DNA from: Escherichia coli 042
GTDB lineage: Bacteria > Pseudomonadota > Gammaproteobacteria > Enterobacterales > Enterobacteriaceae
Reading direction: 5' to 3' (one strand)
Assembly (NCBI RefSeq): GCF_000027125.1
Contig: NC_017626.1
DNA length: 64,000 nt
Shown here: piece by piece, positions 12,901 to 26,223 of the stretch
Numbering within the stretch: position 1 is the first letter of the stretch
How the letters are laid out: each line of letters begins with the position of its first letter
Notes under the pieces: generated by a model
The model's input: only the letters and a program-made list of their open reading frames with translations
What the model was told of the DNA's origin: nothing
The model's database searches: none
Translations under genes and position numbers: made by a program

Positions 12901-13333
12901 CGTTACGCTGTATCTGAACCAGCAGACGGACTTCCGACGGATTCCTGTCACCCTTTGAGGTGGTTTCCACCAGTGCCTGTACACCGAAGGTAAAGCGCAG
13001 TCGGTCGATGTTTGCCGACGTGATGGCGCGGGTGATCGGCGTGTCGTATTTCACTTCCGTACCCAACACCGTCTCGGAGCCGGAGGATTCAAATCCCTCC
13101 GGCGGAGTCTGCTCCTGCTCACCAGCCCGGAACACCACCGTGACACCGGCGATGTTGGTATTCCCATCACTGTCCAGCACCGGCGTACTGTTCAGCAGCA
13201 CGCTTTTTAATCCATCCACCGGACCTTCAATCGGCCCTTCACTGATGGCATCAATCACACTCAGCAACTGCGTGGACTTCAGGTTGTCCTTCGCTTCGCG
13301 CGGGGTATGCCCCTTACTGCTTCCTTTACCCAT
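9920..13333 (-). CDS. J: tail tip host-specificity protein J
   Basis: 1137-aa ORF; length and order (I-J-lom) as in lambda. Confidence 0.95.
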   Translation of the reverse strand: MGKGSSKGHTPREAKDNLKSTQLLSVIDAISEGPIEGPVDGLKSVLLNSTPVLDSDGNTNIAGVTVVFRAGEQEQTPPEGFESSGSETVLGTEVKYDTPITRAITSANIDRLRFTFGVQALVETTSKGDRNPSEVRLLVQIQRNGGWVTEKDITIKGKTTSQYLASVVVGNLPPRPFNIRMRRMTPDSTTDQLQNKTLWSSYTEIIDVKQCYPNTALVGVQVDSEQFGSQQVSRNYHLRGRILQVPSNYNPQTRQYSGIWDGTFKPAYSNNMAWCLWDMLTHPRYGMGKRLGAADVDKWALYVIGQNCDQSVPDGFGGTEPRITCNAYLTTQRKAWDVLSDFCSAMRCMPVWNGQTLTFVQDRPSDKVWTYNRSNVVMPDDGAPFRYSFSALKDRHNAVEVNWIDPDNGWETATELVEDTQAILRYGRNVTKMDAFGCTSRGQAHRAGLWLIKTELLETQTVDFSVGAEGLRHVPGDVIEICDDDYAGISTGGRVLAVNSQTRTLTLDREITLPSSGTTLISLVDGSGNPVSVEVQSVTDGVKVKVSRVPDGVAGYSVWGLKLPTLRQRLFRCVSIRENDDGTYAITAVQHVPEKEAIVDNGAHFDGDQSGTVNGVTPPAVQHLTAEVTADSGEYQVLARWDTPKVVKGVSFMLRLTVAADDGSERLVSTARTTETTYRFTQLALGNYRLTVRAVNAWEQQGDPASVSFRIAAPAAPSRIELTPGYFQITATPHLAVYDPTVQFEFWFSEKRIADIRQVETTARYLGTALYWIAASINIRPGHNYYFYVRSVNTVGKSAFVEAVGRASDDAEGYLDFFKGLITESHLGKELLEKVDLTEDNASRLEQFSKEWKDANDKWNAMWGVKIEQTKDGKHYVAGIGLSMEDTEEGKLSQFLVAANRIAFIDPANGNETPMFVAQGNQIFMNDVFLKRLTAPTITSGGNPPVFSLTSDGKLTAKNADISGSVNANAGTLNNVTVNENCTIKGMLEATQVRGDFVKAVSKSFPKQAGTWGNTETPNGTVTVTISDDHNFDRQIIIPPIIFNGIAYSDPGSGNNPGGTRYTGYGFEVRQNGVLIASRETKGAIPGSYSAVIDMPSGRGSVTLEFKVFHKGNQWAGNITDCTVIVTKKAASGISIR

Positions 13334-13393
13334 TCCTCACGCTCCATAAACGACAAAACCGCCCGCAGGCGGTTTCACATAAAACATTTTGCA

Positions 13394-14065
13394 TCAGCGA
13401 CCAATCACCACAACCTGACCACCGTCCCCTTCGTCTGCCGTGCTGATCTCCTGAGAAACCACGCGTGACCCCACGCGCATTTCCCCGTACAGAACAGGCA
13501 GAACATTGCCCTGGGCAACCATGTTATCCAGTGAGGAGAAATAGGTGTTCTGCTTACCGTTATCCGTTGTCTGTGTACGGGGAGTTCTGGCTTTCGGTGC
13601 CAGCATCTGCGCCACACCACCGAGCACCATACTGGCACCGAGAGAAAACAGGATGCCGGTCATACCACCGGCCCCAATGGCTGCCCCCCATGCTGCAAGG
13701 GTGGCTCCGGCGGTAAAGAATGATCCGGCAATGGCGGCAGCCCCCAGGACAATCTGGAATACGCCACCTGACTTGGCCCCGGCGACTCTGGGAACAATAT
13801 GAATCACAGCGCCATCAGGCAGAGTCTCATGTAACTGCGCCGTTAACCCGGACGTGCTGACGTCCCGCCCGGCAATCCGTACCTGATACCAGCCGTCGCT
13901 CAGTTTCTGACGAAACGCCGGGAGCTGTGTGGCCAGTGCCCGGATGGCTTCAGCCCCCGTTTTCACACGAAGGTCGATGCGGCGACCAAATCGTTGTAAA
14001 TCCCCGTAAAGGCAGATGCGCGCCATGCCCGGTGACGCCAGAGGGAGTGTGTGCGTCGCTGCCAT
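13394..14065 (-). CDS. I: tail assembly protein I
   Basis: 223 aa, same length as lambda gpI; overlaps K by ~100 bp as in lambda. Confidence 0.9.
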   Translation of the reverse strand: MAATHTLPLASPGMARICLYGDLQRFGRRIDLRVKTGAEAIRALATQLPAFRQKLSDGWYQVRIAGRDVSTSGLTAQLHETLPDGAVIHIVPRVAGAKSGGVFQIVLGAAAIAGSFFTAGATLAAWGAAIGAGGMTGILFSLGASMVLGGVAQMLAPKARTPRTQTTDNGKQNTYFSSLDNMVAQGNVLPVLYGEMRVGSRVVSQEISTADEGDGGQVVVIGR

Positions 14066-14706
14066 TTGTCGGTGTACCTCTCTCGTTTGCTCAGTTGTTC
14101 AGGAATATGGTGCAGCAGCTCGCCGTCGCCGCAGTAAATTGCGGCGTGATTCGGCACCGATGAACCAAAACAGCACAGCAGCACATCGCCCGGCTGTGCC
14201 GCTGACAACGGCACCTGATACAGCCCCGTCGCCTCCAGATTATCCAGATAGAGATTCTGGCCGTTACGCCACCAGTCATCCTCACGATGAAAGTCCGGCA
14301 TCTCAATCCCCGCCAGATGATAAGCATCCCGGAACAGTGTGTAACAGTCCGTCACACCGTGCTCAAAGCGCCGCCCGGTGAGATGCGGCACACAGCGGAA
14401 CTTATGAATCGTCCCCCGGCAGACCAGCCACCACGGCAAATCACTCTGCACCTGCAGCCGCCGGTCGGCCTCACTCAGCCAGGGCAGACCACCGGGGTGG
14501 CTGTGGACCAGCGCCACAATCTCACCCTGCATTTCTGCCTGCAGCCAGTCTTCCGGCGACATACGGAAATACGCCTCCGGCTCACCGGAGATATTCACGC
14601 AGGGGAAATATCTTTCCCCCTCCGGCGTGCTTACCACGAAGCCGCACGACTCCGCTGGCGCACATCGCCGGGCGTGCGCCAGAATCGCTGATTCTGTCTG
14701 TGTCAT
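13963..14706 (-). CDS. K: tail assembly protein K (NlpC/P60 plus JAB-like)
   Basis: 247-aa ORF; the start as I recall lambda annotation (199 aa) would be at 14562, the longer ORF abuts L. Confidence 0.9.
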   Translation of the reverse strand: MTQTESAILAHARRCAPAESCGFVVSTPEGERYFPCVNISGEPEAYFRMSPEDWLQAEMQGEIVALVHSHPGGLPWLSEADRRLQVQSDLPWWLVCRGTIHKFRCVPHLTGRRFEHGVTDCYTLFRDAYHLAGIEMPDFHREDDWWRNGQNLYLDNLEATGLYQVPLSAAQPGDVLLCCFGSSVPNHAAIYCGDGELLHHIPEQLSKRERYTDKWQRRTHSLWRHRAWRASAFTGIYNDLVAASTFV

Positions 14707-14711
14707 GGGAT

Positions 14712-15410
14712 TTACTGCGAAAGTTTGTTAATGGAAAGGAAGCCGCCAAAGTTGCCGACGTTATTGCGGAACTTACAACCGCTCAGGCATTTGCTGCATT
14801 TATCCTTCGTGATATCGGACGTTGGCTGGTCATATTCATCCGCGACAGCCGGACCGCTATAACCGCACTCGTCACCGCGATAGGTCCAGGTGCAGGTGTT
14901 GGCCAGCATGATACGTCCCGGAAAAACAGCGCCATCCGTTTCCGTCGGCGTGGACAGTACAAAGGAGGCACTCACCGCGCTCAGTTCGCTGCACTGCTCA
15001 ATGCGCCAGCGGCTGATCACCTCCTGCTCCGGATCGGCGCCACTGTTTCCGTTGACGAAGTTCACCGCATCCAGAAAACGGGCGTAAACCTTACGCCGGA
15101 CCACCGTTCCACCGACCAGACTCTGCAGATCTTCCGCCATCCCGGTGACCATACCGTACAGGTTAGAAACCGTCAGTGTGGGGCGCGTACTGGTGCCTTT
15201 GCCATTCAGTTCAAAACCACTCCCCTGAATGGGATACGGCTGATACTGTCGCCCCTGCCAGGTGACCGGCTCACCTTTTTCGTTCTGCTCATTACAGAAA
15301 AAATAACGTTCTCCACCGACCTCTGTCAGGTCGATTTCCCAGAGCACCACGCTGGCCGACTGCTCCGCACGGGTGCATTCATTCAGTGTTTCCTGCCGGA
15401 TATCCTGCAT
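14712..15410 (-). CDS. L: minor tail protein L
   Basis: 232 aa, same length as lambda gpL. Confidence 0.9.
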   Translation of the reverse strand: MQDIRQETLNECTRAEQSASVVLWEIDLTEVGGERYFFCNEQNEKGEPVTWQGRQYQPYPIQGSGFELNGKGTSTRPTLTVSNLYGMVTGMAEDLQSLVGGTVVRRKVYARFLDAVNFVNGNSGADPEQEVISRWRIEQCSELSAVSASFVLSTPTETDGAVFPGRIMLANTCTWTYRGDECGYSGPAVADEYDQPTSDITKDKCSKCLSGCKFRNNVGNFGGFLSINKLSQ

Positions 15411-15739
15411 CAGTTCACCACCTGTTCAAACTCTGCGCTGAACTCAACACGCAGCATACTGACCCGCGACGACCATTTTGCGCAGGTCACCTTTATCTGC
15501 CGCCACTCATAAGGCGGCGTCCACAGAAAGGCTTTCCAGCCCCCGTGCTCAGCCAGAAACGACTCCAGCGCCGTGGCCTCCCAACGGGGAACAGAAAGCG
15601 TCACGCTGTACGTTTTCAGGTCGGCATTCAGCCCGGCAGGCGCTCGCTGGGAATAGCCATCACCAAAGCGCACTTTCCTGACGGAAGGGGCCGAAGCCAC
15701 ATCCATACCGGGTTTCACTTTCCAGCGGAAGGTCTTCAT
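15410..15739 (-). CDS. M: minor tail protein M
   Basis: 109 aa, same length as lambda gpM. Confidence 0.9.
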   Translation of the reverse strand: MKTFRWKVKPGMDVASAPSVRKVRFGDGYSQRAPAGLNADLKTYSVTLSVPRWEATALESFLAEHGGWKAFLWTPPYEWRQIKVTCAKWSSRVSMLRVEFSAEFEQVVN

Positions 15740-18314
15740 CGTCCACCTCCGGAGAACAGACCACCATCGCGCATCTGTGCCTGAATTTCATCACGGGCAC
15801 CCTTGCGGGCCATGTCATACACTGCCTTCATCATCTGTGGACCTGGCAGACCATTCGTACCGTCGTTCTGAATCACCACGTGATTGTTCTGATTAAAATT
15901 AATGCCTTCAGCCCGCCGCATCTGCGCCGGACTTCCGGCACCGCCCACATAACCACCTTCCGCATAGCCCCGCATCAGGCGGTACAGGTTGCCGACACCA
16001 ATTCGGCTGGTTGCCTCCTTCGTGAAGACAAATTCACCACGGTGAACAATCCCCGCTGGCTCATATTTGCCGCCGGTTCCCGTAAATCCTCCGGTTGCAA
16101 AATGGAATTTCGCCGCAGCTGCCTGAATGGCTGTACCGCCTGATGCGGATGCGCCGCCACCAACAGCCCCGCCAATGGCGCTACCGATACTCCCGACAAT
16201 CCCCACCATTGCCTGCTTAAGCAGAATTTCTGTCATCATGGACAGCACGGAACGGGTGAAGCTGCGCCAGTTCTGCTCACTGCCGGTCAGCATCGCCGCC
16301 ATATTCTGCGCAATACCATCAAAGGTCTGCGTGGCTGCACTTTTAACCTGCGACATACTGTCCGTGGCGCTCTCTTCCCACTCACTCCAGCCGGACCTGA
16401 GGCCTGCCATCCAGCTCCCGCGAAGCTGGTCTTCAGCCGCCCAGGTCTTTTTCTGCTCTGACATGACGTTATTCAGCGCCAGCGAATTATCGCCATACTG
16501 TTCCTTCAGGCGCTGTTCTGTGGCTTCCCGCGCTGCCTGCCGGTCAGTAAGCCCCCGGTTTTTCGCCTCAATGGCTGCCCGTTTTGCCCGTTGTTGCTGT
16601 GCGAACTTATCCGCCTGCTGCGCCAGCGCGTTCAGGCGCTCCTGATACGTAACCTTGTCGCCAAGTGCAGCCAGCTGGCGTTTGTACTCCAGCGTCTCAT
16701 CTTTATGCGCCAGCAGGGATTTCTCCTGTGCGGACAGCTGGCGACGTTGCGCCGCCTCCTCCAGTACCGCGAACTGACTCTCCGCCTTCCACAAATCCCG
16801 GCGCTGCTGGCTGATTTTCTCATTTGCTCCGGCATGCTTCTCCAGCGTCCGGAGTTCAGCCTGAAGCGTCAGCAGGGCAGCATGAGCACTGTCTTCCTGA
16901 CGATCGCCCGCAGACACTTTCACGCCGGACTGTTTCGGCTTTTTCAGCGTCGCTTCATAATCCTTTTTCGCCGCCGCCATCAGCGTGTTGTAATCTGCCT
17001 GCAGGATTTTCCCGTCTTTCAGTGCCTTGTTCAGTTCTTCCTGACGGGCGGTATATTTCTCCAGCGGCGTCTGCAGGCGTTCGTAAGCCTTCTGCGCCTC
17101 TTCGGTATATTTCAGCCGTGATGCCTCAGACTCGGCCCAGTCCTTTGCTGCCATCTCTCTGGCCTTTTCAAGATCGGCCTGCAACGTGGCGGCTGAAAGC
17201 CCAAGTTGCGCATTCGCTCTGTCCTCCCATGCTCCCCGGAGATTGGCAAGAAATGCTGAGGTTTTACCGCGCCGGTGGCTTCGGCTCTGATACCACTGCC
17301 ATTTTTTGTCCGCCTCATCAAAAGCCTTTTCTGCTTTCTCCAGCATTCCCTGGGCAGTGTCCGGGCGACCAATATCCAGCACCGAATCCCACATGGATTT
17401 GAATGCCCGTGCTGTCCTGTCTGCCCAGGTCTCCAGCGTGCCCATGTTCTCTTTCAGGCGGCGGGTCTGGTCATCAAACCCTTTCGTTGCGGCCTCGTTC
17501 GCCGCCTGCAATGCCCCGGCCTCATCTCCGGAACGCTGCAACTGAGCAACATACGCAATCTGCTCCGCCGTCACGTTATGGAACTGACGTGCCATCGCTG
17601 TCAGTCCCGACGTCGGGTCTGTGGTCAGCTTCCCGAAGGCTTCAGCGACCTTGTCCACCTCCACGCCGGATGCAGAGGAGAAACGCGCCACACTCTGGCT
17701 GATCGCCTCAAACTGCTCACCACCACGCACACCGGCATTCACCAGCGCCGTCAGTGACTCGCTGGTCTGGTTAAACGTCAGCCCTGCCGCCTGCCCGGCT
17801 CTGGACAGGGCCAGAATACGATCTGCCGTCAGTCCCGCCTGATTGCCGGAAAGGACCAGCGTTTTGTTGAAATCGGACAGGGTTGAGTTGCCCTGATACC
17901 AGGCATACGCCAGCGCACCGGTCGCCACCGCCAGCGAGGTGGCCCCACCATCGGCAGGGTGATCGCACCGGCAAGCCCCCTGAACATGGGGATCATCCCG
18001 CCGAAGGAGTCCTTAACCTGACCACCCTGTTGCAGCAGGATCAGCCACGGACTTTGCCCGCCTGCAAGCTGCGTGGCCACGTCGGTGAACTGTGCAGGCA
18101 GCATACGCATGGCGGCTTTATACTGCCCGACGGAAATCCCCGCTTTCTGTGCAGCCAGCGCCTGTCGGCTCAGCGACTGTTCAACGACTGCCGCTGTTTT
18201 TTTCGCATCAGTTTCCGTACCGGAAAAATGACGCCTGACTCTGGCCATCTGCTCGTCAAATCTGGCCGCATCCAGACTCAAATCAACGACCAGATCGCCT
18301 ACCGGTTCAGCCAT
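15736..18314 (-). pseudogene. H: tail tape-measure protein H, interrupted by an apparent 1-nt deletion (frameshift)
   Basis: Two overlapping ORFs (17829..18314 N-terminal MAEPVGDLVVDLSLDAARF...; 15736..17928 remainder) both match lambda gpH as I remember it; frames switch after ...ITLPMVG near 17940. Confidence 0.8.
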
Positions 18315-18741
18315 ACCGGACTCCTCCTGCGATCCCTTCTGATACTGTCATCAGCATTACGTCATCCTCCGTCATGTCCGCCACATCCGGGGAAGCGGGG
18401 ATAACTTCATTCCCGTCCGGGCCAAAGCGGACACCTCCGGCAAGCCCTGCCGCTTTCTGCATCAGCACATCATCTTCAGGCTCTTCGTCAGCCTCGCGCC
18501 GGTTCAGCAGACTGAAATCCAGCGGATGCATATCCGGATCGCTGAAAAACAGGCTGAGTACGGTGTACGTCAGCCCGGAAAAGTGCATATCCAGCAGAAC
18601 ATCATGAAAATAATGGGTACTGTAAAAGCGGTGCCAGTCGGCATACTCCGTGGATGACATCCCGGCAAGCATGGCACGCCAGTCGGGTCGCCCCATCTCG
18701 CGCGCCAGTTTCAGGGCAAAACTCAGCTCACCGTCGAACAC
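18307..18741 (-). CDS. T: tail assembly chaperone T segment (made as G-T fusion by programmed -1 frameshift)
   Basis: ORF in the -1 frame relative to G starting at the slippery site; lambda G/GT arrangement. Confidence 0.8.
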   Translation of the reverse strand: MFDGELSFALKLAREMGRPDWRAMLAGMSSTEYADWHRFYSTHYFHDVLLDMHFSGLTYTVLSLFFSDPDMHPLDFSLLNRREADEEPEDDVLMQKAAGLAGGVRFGPDGNEVIPASPDVADMTEDDVMLMTVSEGIAGGVRYG

Positions 18742-19145
18742 TTTCCCGCAGAAACAGGCTCTGCGGGCCCGGCGTCCTCTGTCTGTTCAGGGGCATTATT
18801 CACCACAAACTCATACATACCAGACAGCCGGTACACCACGTTTTCAGCATGAGAAATTGCCTCCGTGGGCCAGGTGGTAAGCACTTCCTGCTCAATCTGT
18901 TTAACGGCTTCATTCATGGACGGCATCTGCGTCTTCTGCGGATGGTTATGCCACAGGGACATCGCCACCAGAAACGCGCCGGTTCTGATGGCGTCTTCCA
19001 CAGTAAACTTCCGGTTGCTGTCTGACTCCGCCTGTTCTGCCTGCCGTTTCATCAGGGCGAGATGCTCAATGCGCTGCAGGGCTGACAGTTCAGAAAGCGT
19101 GACGGTCACACCGTTATGTTCAAATGATTCGGTTTTCAGGAACAT
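18723..19145 (-). CDS. G: tail assembly chaperone G
   Basis: 140 aa, same length as lambda gpG. Confidence 0.9.
   Translation of the reverse strand: MFLKTESFEHNGVTVTLSELSALQRIEHLALMKRQAEQAESDSNRKFTVEDAIRTGAFLVAMSLWHNHPQKTQMPSMNEAVKQIEQEVLTTWPTEAISHAENVVYRLSGMYEFVVNNAPEQTEDAGPAEPVSAGKCSTVS
18741..18747 (-). other. programmed -1 ribosomal frameshift slippery heptamer G GGA AAG (G to G-T)
   Basis: Minus-strand GGGAAAG seven codons before the G stop; the -1 frame continues as KVFDGELSFALKLAREM... Confidence 0.8.
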
Positions 19146-19160
19146 CGCTGACTCTCCGGA

Positions 19161-19901
19161 TTAACTGGCGGTGACGGTAATTTCTGCAACCGCAGCAAAC
19201 TCACCATTACCGGATACAACCGGAATGTTGACCTTGCCTGCAGCAACGCCGTTCACGGTGATGGTCATACCACTGACCGACACGGTGGCTTTTGTTTTAT
19301 CCGCAGACACCGCACGAAAGCTCTTGTCGGTTACGCCCTCCGGCTGGAAGGCCACGGTCAGCGTGGTGCTCTGCCCTTTCACCACCGAGGTGCTGGCAGG
19401 CGTCACGGTCATGCCGGTTGCCGCTGTTACCGTGCTGCGATCTTCTGCCATCGACGGACGTCCCACATTGGTGACTTTCACCGTGCGGGTGATCACTTCC
19501 TTCGCCGTCACCGCCTTACCGATACTGCTCACCCAGCCACGGAACACATCGACCGTGCCGTTCGGGAAGCGGATTTTATAGACACGGGTATCGCCTTCAT
19601 TAAACCACGCCAGCAGCGCCTGCTGCCCCTGCTCTCCGGGCATCCACGCCAGCGTGAAGCTGGTATCTCCGGCGGATTTCTGCCCCTGCCCGGTCGCAGT
19701 CCAGTCTGCATCTTCATCATCGAGATAGCTGTCGTCATAGGACTCAGCGGTCAGTTCGCCGGGCGTCAGGTCTTTAACTTTTGCCAGACGCGACCAGTCA
19801 ACGTCTGAAAGCGGATTCGCATAAGGGTCACCGCTCCCCTTATAAACCCACAGGGTGGTCCCGGCACCTTTCACCGGCATTGTAGGATTTGGTACAGGCA
19901 T
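19161..19901 (-). CDS. V: major tail protein V (with C-terminal Ig-like domain)
   Basis: ORF 19161..19931; start chosen at [16 protein letters not shown]... as in lambda V (246 aa). Confidence 0.9.
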   Translation of the reverse strand: MPVPNPTMPVKGAGTTLWVYKGSGDPYANPLSDVDWSRLAKVKDLTPGELTAESYDDSYLDDEDADWTATGQGQKSAGDTSFTLAWMPGEQGQQALLAWFNEGDTRVYKIRFPNGTVDVFRGWVSSIGKAVTAKEVITRTVKVTNVGRPSMAEDRSTVTAATGMTVTPASTSVVKGQSTTLTVAFQPEGVTDKSFRAVSADKTKATVSVSGMTITVNGVAAGKVNIPVVSGNGEFAAVAEITVTAS

Positions 19902-19908
19902 AGCGTCC

Positions 19909-20304
19909 TCACATTTCATAGGTAATGACATAAGTCAGATCGGCTGAACTCCACAGGCCCGCATCATCGTCGCGCCGGTAGTCATAGCCGCTGGCCACCA
20001 TACTGGTGATCAAATCTGACAGTGCCGGGATATCGCTCATCACCGGATAAATCCGGGACTCCATCCACGCATCCAGCTCTGAATCCGGCACCTGAGCAGG
20101 CAGGAAAACTTCGATATGCAGCTCCGCCTGCCAGGTATCGCTGTCCAGCTCTTCGCCCGTGTATTCAGCGCCGGTGAGATAAACGGCAACTGCCGGAAAA
20201 TCCGCCTCATCAAAAACAGCGGGGCGACCATCAAAAAACGTCGCCCCGGTGTCATGCTTCTCCAGTGCATCCAGTACGGCTGCACGGAGTTCAGTATGTT
20301 TCAT
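19909..20304 (-). CDS. U: tail terminator protein U
   Basis: 131 aa, same length as lambda gpU. Confidence 0.9.
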   Translation of the reverse strand: MKHTELRAAVLDALEKHDTGATFFDGRPAVFDEADFPAVAVYLTGAEYTGEELDSDTWQAELHIEVFLPAQVPDSELDAWMESRIYPVMSDIPALSDLITSMVASGYDYRRDDDAGLWSSADLTYVITYEM

Positions 20305-20879
20305 CGCTTTATTACCATCCTCAGTTGATGCTGCAGCGCATAGCCCAGCTCTTTCGGAAGACGTTCACGCCGTATCCGCTCAATATTTTGTTTAAACGCC
20401 GTGGTCAGCGGCACCGCCATCGGGATTTTCACCACATCAATGGGGTAACGGTTTTTCCCGGCCACACGCTGCATGACATGCCACCGGCCATTTTTCAGTT
20501 GCTGAATAAACGCGCCGGGAATACGACGGTTACCCACCACAAGCACGCTGCCGCCACCTTTCAGGGCTGAACGTTGCCCCTTTTTACGACGCCTGCGGCG
20601 CGAAAGGACAACCCGCGCATTACCCAGCTTGATTACGGGCAAATCCCCCCGGTTAACTTTGATTCTGGCCTGCGGATTTTTGACCGTGGCCCTTTTCAGC
20701 CTGGCCCTTTCCTTTACCAGTTTCCGGCGTACCTTTGTCTCACGGGCAACCTGTGACGCCGACTGCGATATCGCGGATGAAGCAACGCGGTTAATGGCCA
20801 TTGCGGCGGCACCAGGCACCGCCGTTTTGCTGATACGGCTGAGGTTTTCAACGGCCTGCTCAAGACCTTTTATGGCCAT
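20301..20879 (-). CDS. Z: tail completion protein Z
   Basis: 192 aa, same length as lambda gpZ. Confidence 0.9.
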   Translation of the reverse strand: MAIKGLEQAVENLSRISKTAVPGAAAMAINRVASSAISQSASQVARETKVRRKLVKERARLKRATVKNPQARIKVNRGDLPVIKLGNARVVLSRRRRRKKGQRSALKGGGSVLVVGNRRIPGAFIQQLKNGRWHVMQRVAGKNRYPIDVVKIPMAVPLTTAFKQNIERIRRERLPKELGYALQHQLRMVIKR

Positions 20880-20890
20880 ACATCCCCCTT

Positions 20891-21244
20891 TCAGCGGCGA
20901 CGGTTAACGGCAGGCGGTACGCCCCGTCCAAGCCAGAGATGACAACTTCCGCCATCATCCGGCGAAACCCGATCTACCCAGAAATTTTCCTCACCGATGG
21001 TCAGCGTGTCTCCACGCCGCAGCTGCCGCACCTCATCAGTCCGGACAAACAGGGACGGGCTGGAGCCTTCAACGCGCACGCCCTGTCCGGCATAGCTGAT
21101 ATTTTCAGGGTCATCAAAAACACCACGTATCACCGCACCTGACTGCTCACCGGATGTCATGGTGGCTGACGTTCCCATGTACCCGCGTATCGTTTCATCG
21201 GCGCGGGCAATGGCAGCATCGAACAGGTTATCGAAATCAGCCAC
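20891..21244 (-). CDS. FII: head-tail connector protein FII
   Basis: 117 aa, same length as lambda gpFII. Confidence 0.9.
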   Translation of the reverse strand: MADFDNLFDAAIARADETIRGYMGTSATMTSGEQSGAVIRGVFDDPENISYAGQGVRVEGSSPSLFVRTDEVRQLRRGDTLTIGEENFWVDRVSPDDGGSCHLWLGRGVPPAVNRRR

Positions 21245-21255
21245 AGCGCCTCCCG

Positions 21256-21654
21256 TTATTGCATTCTGGCCAGGCCGCGCTCTGTCATTTCGGCTGCCAC
21301 ACCGGCAGAGACACGAAACGCCGTTCCCGGCAGCACAAATGCCACAGGTTCATCCCGCGTGACGTGAAGTGCATCAGTATGCAGCTTCACCAGTGCCACG
21401 ACCGTGACCAGTTCAGACGTATCCAGAATCACGGTATCCGGCTGCGCTGATCCCACCTCATTTTCATGTCCGGTCAGCACATTTTCCCGGCTGAGAGGGG
21501 TGTCCTGACCGGCAGTTTCATCCGTGTCATCAAGCTCCTCTTCCAGCTCTGCCACACGGAGCGCCAGTTCTTCTTTCGTCCCCGTCAGGCTGACATCACG
21601 GTTCAGTTGTTCACCCAGCGAGCGGAGACGGGCAATCAGTTCATCTTTCGTCAT
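21256..21654 (-). CDS. FI: DNA packaging protein FI
   Basis: ORF 21256..21693; start chosen at MTKDELIARLRSLGEQL... Confidence 0.85.
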   Translation of the reverse strand: MTKDELIARLRSLGEQLNRDVSLTGTKEELALRVAELEEELDDTDETAGQDTPLSRENVLTGHENEVGSAQPDTVILDTSELVTVVALVKLHTDALHVTRDEPVAFVLPGTAFRVSAGVAAEMTERGLARMQ

Positions 21655-21695
21655 GGACTCCTCCACAGAGAAACAATGGCCCCGAAGGGCCATGA

Positions 21696-22721
21696 TTACG
21701 CCAGTTGTACGGACACGAACTCATCAGGGTCAGCCAGCAGCATCAGCGGTGCTGACTGAATCATGGTGAACTCACGCGCCGGATCGCCGGTGGTCACCCA
21801 GTTTTTCGGGTAACGGGCAGAGGCGTTAATGCCTTCGCGCTGTGCGTCCGCATCCTGAATGCAGCCATAGGTGCGCAGACCGCGTGCCTGAGTGTTACCC
21901 AGCACCATCGTGTTGTCCGGCAGGAAGTTCTTTTTGACGCCGTTTTCCACGTACTGTCCGGAATACACGACGATGGCCACATCGCCATACATTCCCTTAT
22001 AAGACACCGCTTTGCCCAGGTCTTTTACCGCTGTCTCCAGCTCGGAATGAGAGCCGCGACGGGTATCCAGCTTCTCCTTGACGGCTTTGAAGGAACGGAA
22101 CAGCGCCCAGCCTTTCGGATCGAACACGATGATATTCACCACACCGCTGGCATTCAGCGCGTAGGCTTCGATATCGTCGGTCGGGTCATACGTGGACTTG
22201 TCGCGCTTGCTCCACTCCGTGCCGCCGGACTGCGTGATGTTATTCTCCTCACTGCGGCCCATATCCACCTCAACCGGATCGAAGGCTTCACCGGTCATGG
22301 TGTATTTGCCCTTAAGCACGGCAGAAACTGCCTGCATCTCTTCGACCTGAGCAATGGCCAGCTCTTCGTCACGCATGTTCTGCATGATGATGCGACGGCG
22401 GCGGTAAGCCGGGTCCGCCAGATTCTGCGGATCTTCATCCGGCAGGCGACGCAGGGTCATCTGCGGATTCACTTCATGCTTCGGCTTGACATATCCCGGC
22501 GTAAATTCAGAGGTGGAGCCGCCACGGGAACGGATAACCTCACCGGAAACAATCGGCGAAACGTACAGCGCCATGTTTACCAGTCCCGGAATTTGTGAGA
22601 GATAGACTTTCTCCGTGGTGAAGGGATAGCTCTCACGGAAAAAGAGACGCAGAAACAGCGGATCAAACTTAAATTTCTGCTCATTTGCCGCCAGCAGTTG
22701 GGCGGTTGTGTACATCGACAT
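21696..22721 (-). CDS. E: major capsid protein E
   Basis: Start at MSMYTTAQLLAANEQKFKFDPLFL... (341 aa), as in lambda gpE. Confidence 0.95.
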   Translation of the reverse strand: MSMYTTAQLLAANEQKFKFDPLFLRLFFRESYPFTTEKVYLSQIPGLVNMALYVSPIVSGEVIRSRGGSTSEFTPGYVKPKHEVNPQMTLRRLPDEDPQNLADPAYRRRRIIMQNMRDEELAIAQVEEMQAVSAVLKGKYTMTGEAFDPVEVDMGRSEENNITQSGGTEWSKRDKSTYDPTDDIEAYALNASGVVNIIVFDPKGWALFRSFKAVKEKLDTRRGSHSELETAVKDLGKAVSYKGMYGDVAIVVYSGQYVENGVKKNFLPDNTMVLGNTQARGLRTYGCIQDADAQREGINASARYPKNWVTTGDPAREFTMIQSAPLMLLADPDEFVSVQLA

Positions 22722-22776
22722 AAAAAAATCCCGTAAAAAAAGCCGCACAGGCGGCCTTTAGTGATGAAGGGTAAAG

Positions 22777-23109
22777 TTAAACGATGCTGATTGCCGTTCC
22801 GGCAAACGCGGTCCGTTTTTTCGTCTCGTCGCTGGCAGCCTCCGGCCAGAGCACATCCTCATAACGGAACGTGCCGGACTTGTAGAACGTCAGCGTGGTG
22901 CTGGTCTGGTCAGCAGCAACCGCAAGAATGCCAACGGCAGCACCGTCGGTGGTGCCATCCCACGCAACCAGCTTACGGCTGGAGGTGTCCAGCATCAGCG
23001 GGGTCATTGCAGGCGCTTTCGCACTCAATCCGCCGGGCGCGGTTGCGGTATGAGCCGGGTCACTGTTGCCCAGCGGCTGGTAATGGGTAAAGGTTTCTTT
23101 GCTCGTCAT
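22777..23109 (-). CDS. D: head decoration protein D
   Basis: Start at [27 protein letters not shown]... (110 aa). Confidence 0.9.
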   Translation of the reverse strand: MTSKETFTHYQPLGNSDPAHTATAPGGLSAKAPAMTPLMLDTSSRKLVAWDGTTDGAAVGILAVAADQTSTTLTFYKSGTFRYEDVLWPEAASDETKKRTAFAGTAISIV

Positions 23110-23118
23110 AAACATCCC

Positions 23119-24418
23119 TTACACTGGTGTGTTCAGCAAATCGTTAACGGCATCAGATGCCGGGTTACCTGCAGCCAGCGGTGCCGGTGCCCCCTGCATC
23201 AGACGATCCAGCGCAGTGTCACTGCGCGCCTGTGCACTCTGTGGTGCTGCGGCCAGAATGCGGCGGGCCGTTTCCACGGTCATACCGGGGGTTTCTGCCA
23301 GCACGCGTGCCTGTTCTTCGCGTCCGTGAGCCTCCTCACAGTTGAGGATCCCCATAATGCGGCTGTTTTCTGCCGCAACCGCTGCGGTGATCTGCGCGTT
23401 CACGTCCGGCTGCGCAGCGCTGGCGTTCTCGCCCTCCGTCGCTTGCACCACGCCAGTAACGTCAGCCTGCGAAGCAGTGGCTGAAACAGTTGTTGATTGA
23501 GTCTCTTTGGTCATTCGCCCTCCTGAGAGACGGGATTTACGTGCATCCAGTGCATCACGCATGACGGTGATCGCATCGGTACTGTTAACAAGTTCATCAG
23601 CCAGTCCGGCATCAATGGCCTCCTGACCGCTGTACACTGCAGCCTCGGTATCCAGCACAGCCTGCACGGACAGGCCGGTATATGCCGACACCTTCTGTGC
23701 AAACATCCGGCGGGTTGCATCCATCCGGGACTGCAGTGTTTCCCGGACATCATCCGGTAGATGGCTGTAGGGGTTGCCATCCACCTTATGGCTGCCGCTG
23801 TAAATCAGCGTGATTTCCACGCCCTGTTTCTCCAGCGCAGCACCGTAATTACTGTGAGCCATCATGACGCCGATGGAGCCTGTCCGGGCGGTCTGCGTGA
23901 CCAGACGTCGGGAGGCGGCGCTGGCAAGCAACTGACCTGCACTGCAGTTCATGTCGTTGGCCAGCGCCCATACCGGCTTTATGTCACGCACACGGGCGAT
24001 GATGTCAGCGCAGTCAAATGCCCCTGCCACCATCCCGCCTGGCGTATCCATATCGAGCAGAATGCCGTCCACCATCGGGTCGCTGGCAGCCTGTTGCAGA
24101 CGGGCGATAATGCCGTTGTAACCGGTCATCCCCGAATACGGCTGCAGCGCTCGCGTCCGACTGACCAGCGTGCCGGACACCGGCAGCACGGCGATGCCGT
24201 TCATGACCTGATAACTGCGGGCCTGTCGTGGTCCGTCATCATCAACGGATAACGCCAGCGCCGCGGGTGCCTCTCCGGCAGTCAGGCTGTCGCCGGATAC
24301 CGCATCCGTCAGGCGGCTGATCCCAAGCTGGCCTGCAAGCGCACAAAAGAAAACCCGCGCATAGGCGGGTTCAAGCATCAGCGGCTCATTAAAGGCCATA
24401 CTGGCAATATGCGGGAGA

Positions 24419-24438
<20 letters not shown>
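23119..24438 (-). CDS. C: capsid protease/scaffold C (S49 family; Nu3 scaffold expected nested in-frame)
   Basis: ORF 23119..24573; probable GTG start giving 439 aa (VTAELRNLPHIASMAFNEPL...). Confidence 0.9.
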
Positions 24439-26219
<1,781 letters not shown>

Positions 26220-26223
<4 letters not shown>

